Assembly (NCBI GenBank): GCA_036012755.1
Contig: DASCPX010000179.1
Location: 113,198 to 177,197, forward strand
From: Myxococcota bacterium
GTDB taxonomy: Bacteria > Myxococcota_A > UBA796 > CAJQPC01
DNA: 64,000 nucleotides
Direction of reading: 5' to 3'
Shown here: positions 63,106-64,000 of the stretch, one piece after another
Layout of the letters: each line of letters begins with the position of its first letter
Numbering within the stretch: the first letter of the stretch is position 1
Notes under the pieces: model-generated
What the model saw: the letters and a program-made list of their open reading frames with translations, nothing else
What the model was told of the DNA's origin: nothing
Database searches by the model: none
Made by a program: the position numbers and the translations under genes

Positions 63106-64000
63106 ATGCTGATCTTCGTCCTCGCCTGCCTCCAGCGGAACGAGATCGCCCCCGCCGAGGAGGTGATCCCAGAGGACACCACGGACACGGGTGAGACCGG
63201 GCTGTGGATCGAGGAGCTCCCGCTGGAGGGTGCCTGGGAGGTCGAGCAGCTGGCAGTGCCCATCCGCGGACCAGAGGACGGCCGCGACGTCGGCAACTCC
63301 CTGGCCATCGAAGACCTCGACGGTGACGGCACGCCCGAGCTCCTCGTCGCCGACGACCTCCACCGGGTGCAGTCCGAAGGCACCGTCGACGGCGCCGTCT
63401 GGATCCTCTCCATCCCGACCGAGGAGACGACCATCACGGACGAGCTGCCGATGGTCTACGGCTCCCGCCACGAGAGCCGCGCCGGCTCCAGCATGGTCGC
63501 CCTCGGCGGTGGTCGCGTCGCCATCGGCGCCCGGTACCACAACCCCGATCTCGTCACGATCCAGGGGGCCATCTGGATCCTGGACGGGCCCGTCACCGGC
63601 GAGTCGAACCTCGACCACGTCGCCGTGCGCTTCGACGGGCTCGCAGGAGACGAGCTCGGCACCGCCCTGGCCGCCCCGGGAGACGTCACGGGGGACGGCG
63701 AGGCCGATCTGCTCGCCGGCGCCCCAGAGGTCGACGGCAACGGCGCCGCCTGGCTGATCACCGGTCCCTTCACCGCTGGCGGAAACATCGACGACGACCG
63801 CGCCATCGGCTTCCGGGGCGAAGACGGCGAGGGCGCCGCCGGCACCACCGTCGCGGCGCCCGGGGACATCGACGCCGACGGCATCGACGACTTCGTCATC
63901 GGCGCCCCAGAGCAGGGCGAGGACCGCCCCGGCGCCGTCTACCTCGTGCACGGGCGCGAGGACCTCGAGGGCATCTTCCTGGCCGACGCCGACGCGATCT
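63106..64000 (+). CDS. FG-GAP/integrin-alpha repeat lipoprotein, 3'-truncated by the window edge (absent from the ORF track)
   Basis: MLIFVLAC, EDLDGDGTPELLV, GDVTGDGEADLLAGAP, GDIDADGIDDFVIGAP. No stop before the window end. Alternative ATG at 63094. Confidence 0.85.
   Translation, partial: MLIFVLACLQRNEIAPAEEVIPEDTTDTGETGLWIEELPLEGAWEVEQLAVPIRGPEDGRDVGNSLAIEDLDGDGTPELLVADDLHRVQSEGTVDGAVWILSIPTEETTITDELPMVYGSRHESRAGSSMVALGGGRVAIGARYHNPDLVTIQGAIWILDGPVTGESNLDHVAVRFDGLAGDELGTALAAPGDVTGDGEADLLAGAPEVDGNGAAWLITGPFTAGGNIDDDRAIGFRGEDGEGAAGTTVAAPGDIDADGIDDFVIGAPEQGEDRPGAVYLVHGREDLEGIFLADADAI

Noticed and set aside
199..63951. Many long ORFs in the track (for example 199-2484, 2512-4611, 11684-13393, 23718-26060, 29406-31622, 42034-45465, 56661-58586)
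   Set aside because: They are antisense or off-frame shadows of recognisable genes, expected at this GC content. They are Arg/Gly/Pro-rich or mirror-codon sequences with no motifs.
1..64000. rRNA, tRNA, prophage, IS, integron, retron/DGR or known anti-phage systems
   Set aside because: I recognised no such motifs and the intergenic gaps are mostly under 150 bp. Small ncRNAs cannot be excluded without a covariance-model search.

Overview
High-GC (roughly 68-70% by eye), very densely coded bacterial chromosome segment of about 60 genes. It is most likely from a Myxococcota-type organism (inference from MYXO-CTERM-like tails, DCDD/'putative metal-binding motif' repeat proteins, pilT, a HEAT/HD-GYP pair and a Ser/Thr kinase-fold protein). 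Housekeeping genes (pheT, pheS, pilT, thiS, queD, rluA-like, arsC-like, bolA, DJ-1, thiolase, NCS2 and POT transporters) are interspersed with many secreted or lipoprotein genes (DCDD repeats, FG-GAP, PKD, Kelch, metallophosphoesterases, M28 peptidase). I saw no rRNA, tRNA, CRISPR array, transposase, integrase or recognisable defence system. The most unusual observations are: (1) a flagellin-D1-like gene hidden across four reading-frame segments, lacking D0 ends, with a lipoprotein-like N-terminus and a sigma28-like promoter; (2) about 15 lipoproteins with ultra-short, charge-free signal peptides; (3) recurrent TAnnnT-N6/7-ATG leaderless starts plus a second TAAW-N16-TCCGA promoter class; (4) a candidate effector/immunity pair; (5) a membrane pseudokinase; (6) split, divergent pheS/pheT; (7) a FadL plus BPI-like lipoprotein pair; (8) several lesions that may be real decay or assembly errors. 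All family calls come from motif recognition by eye, not from database searches.
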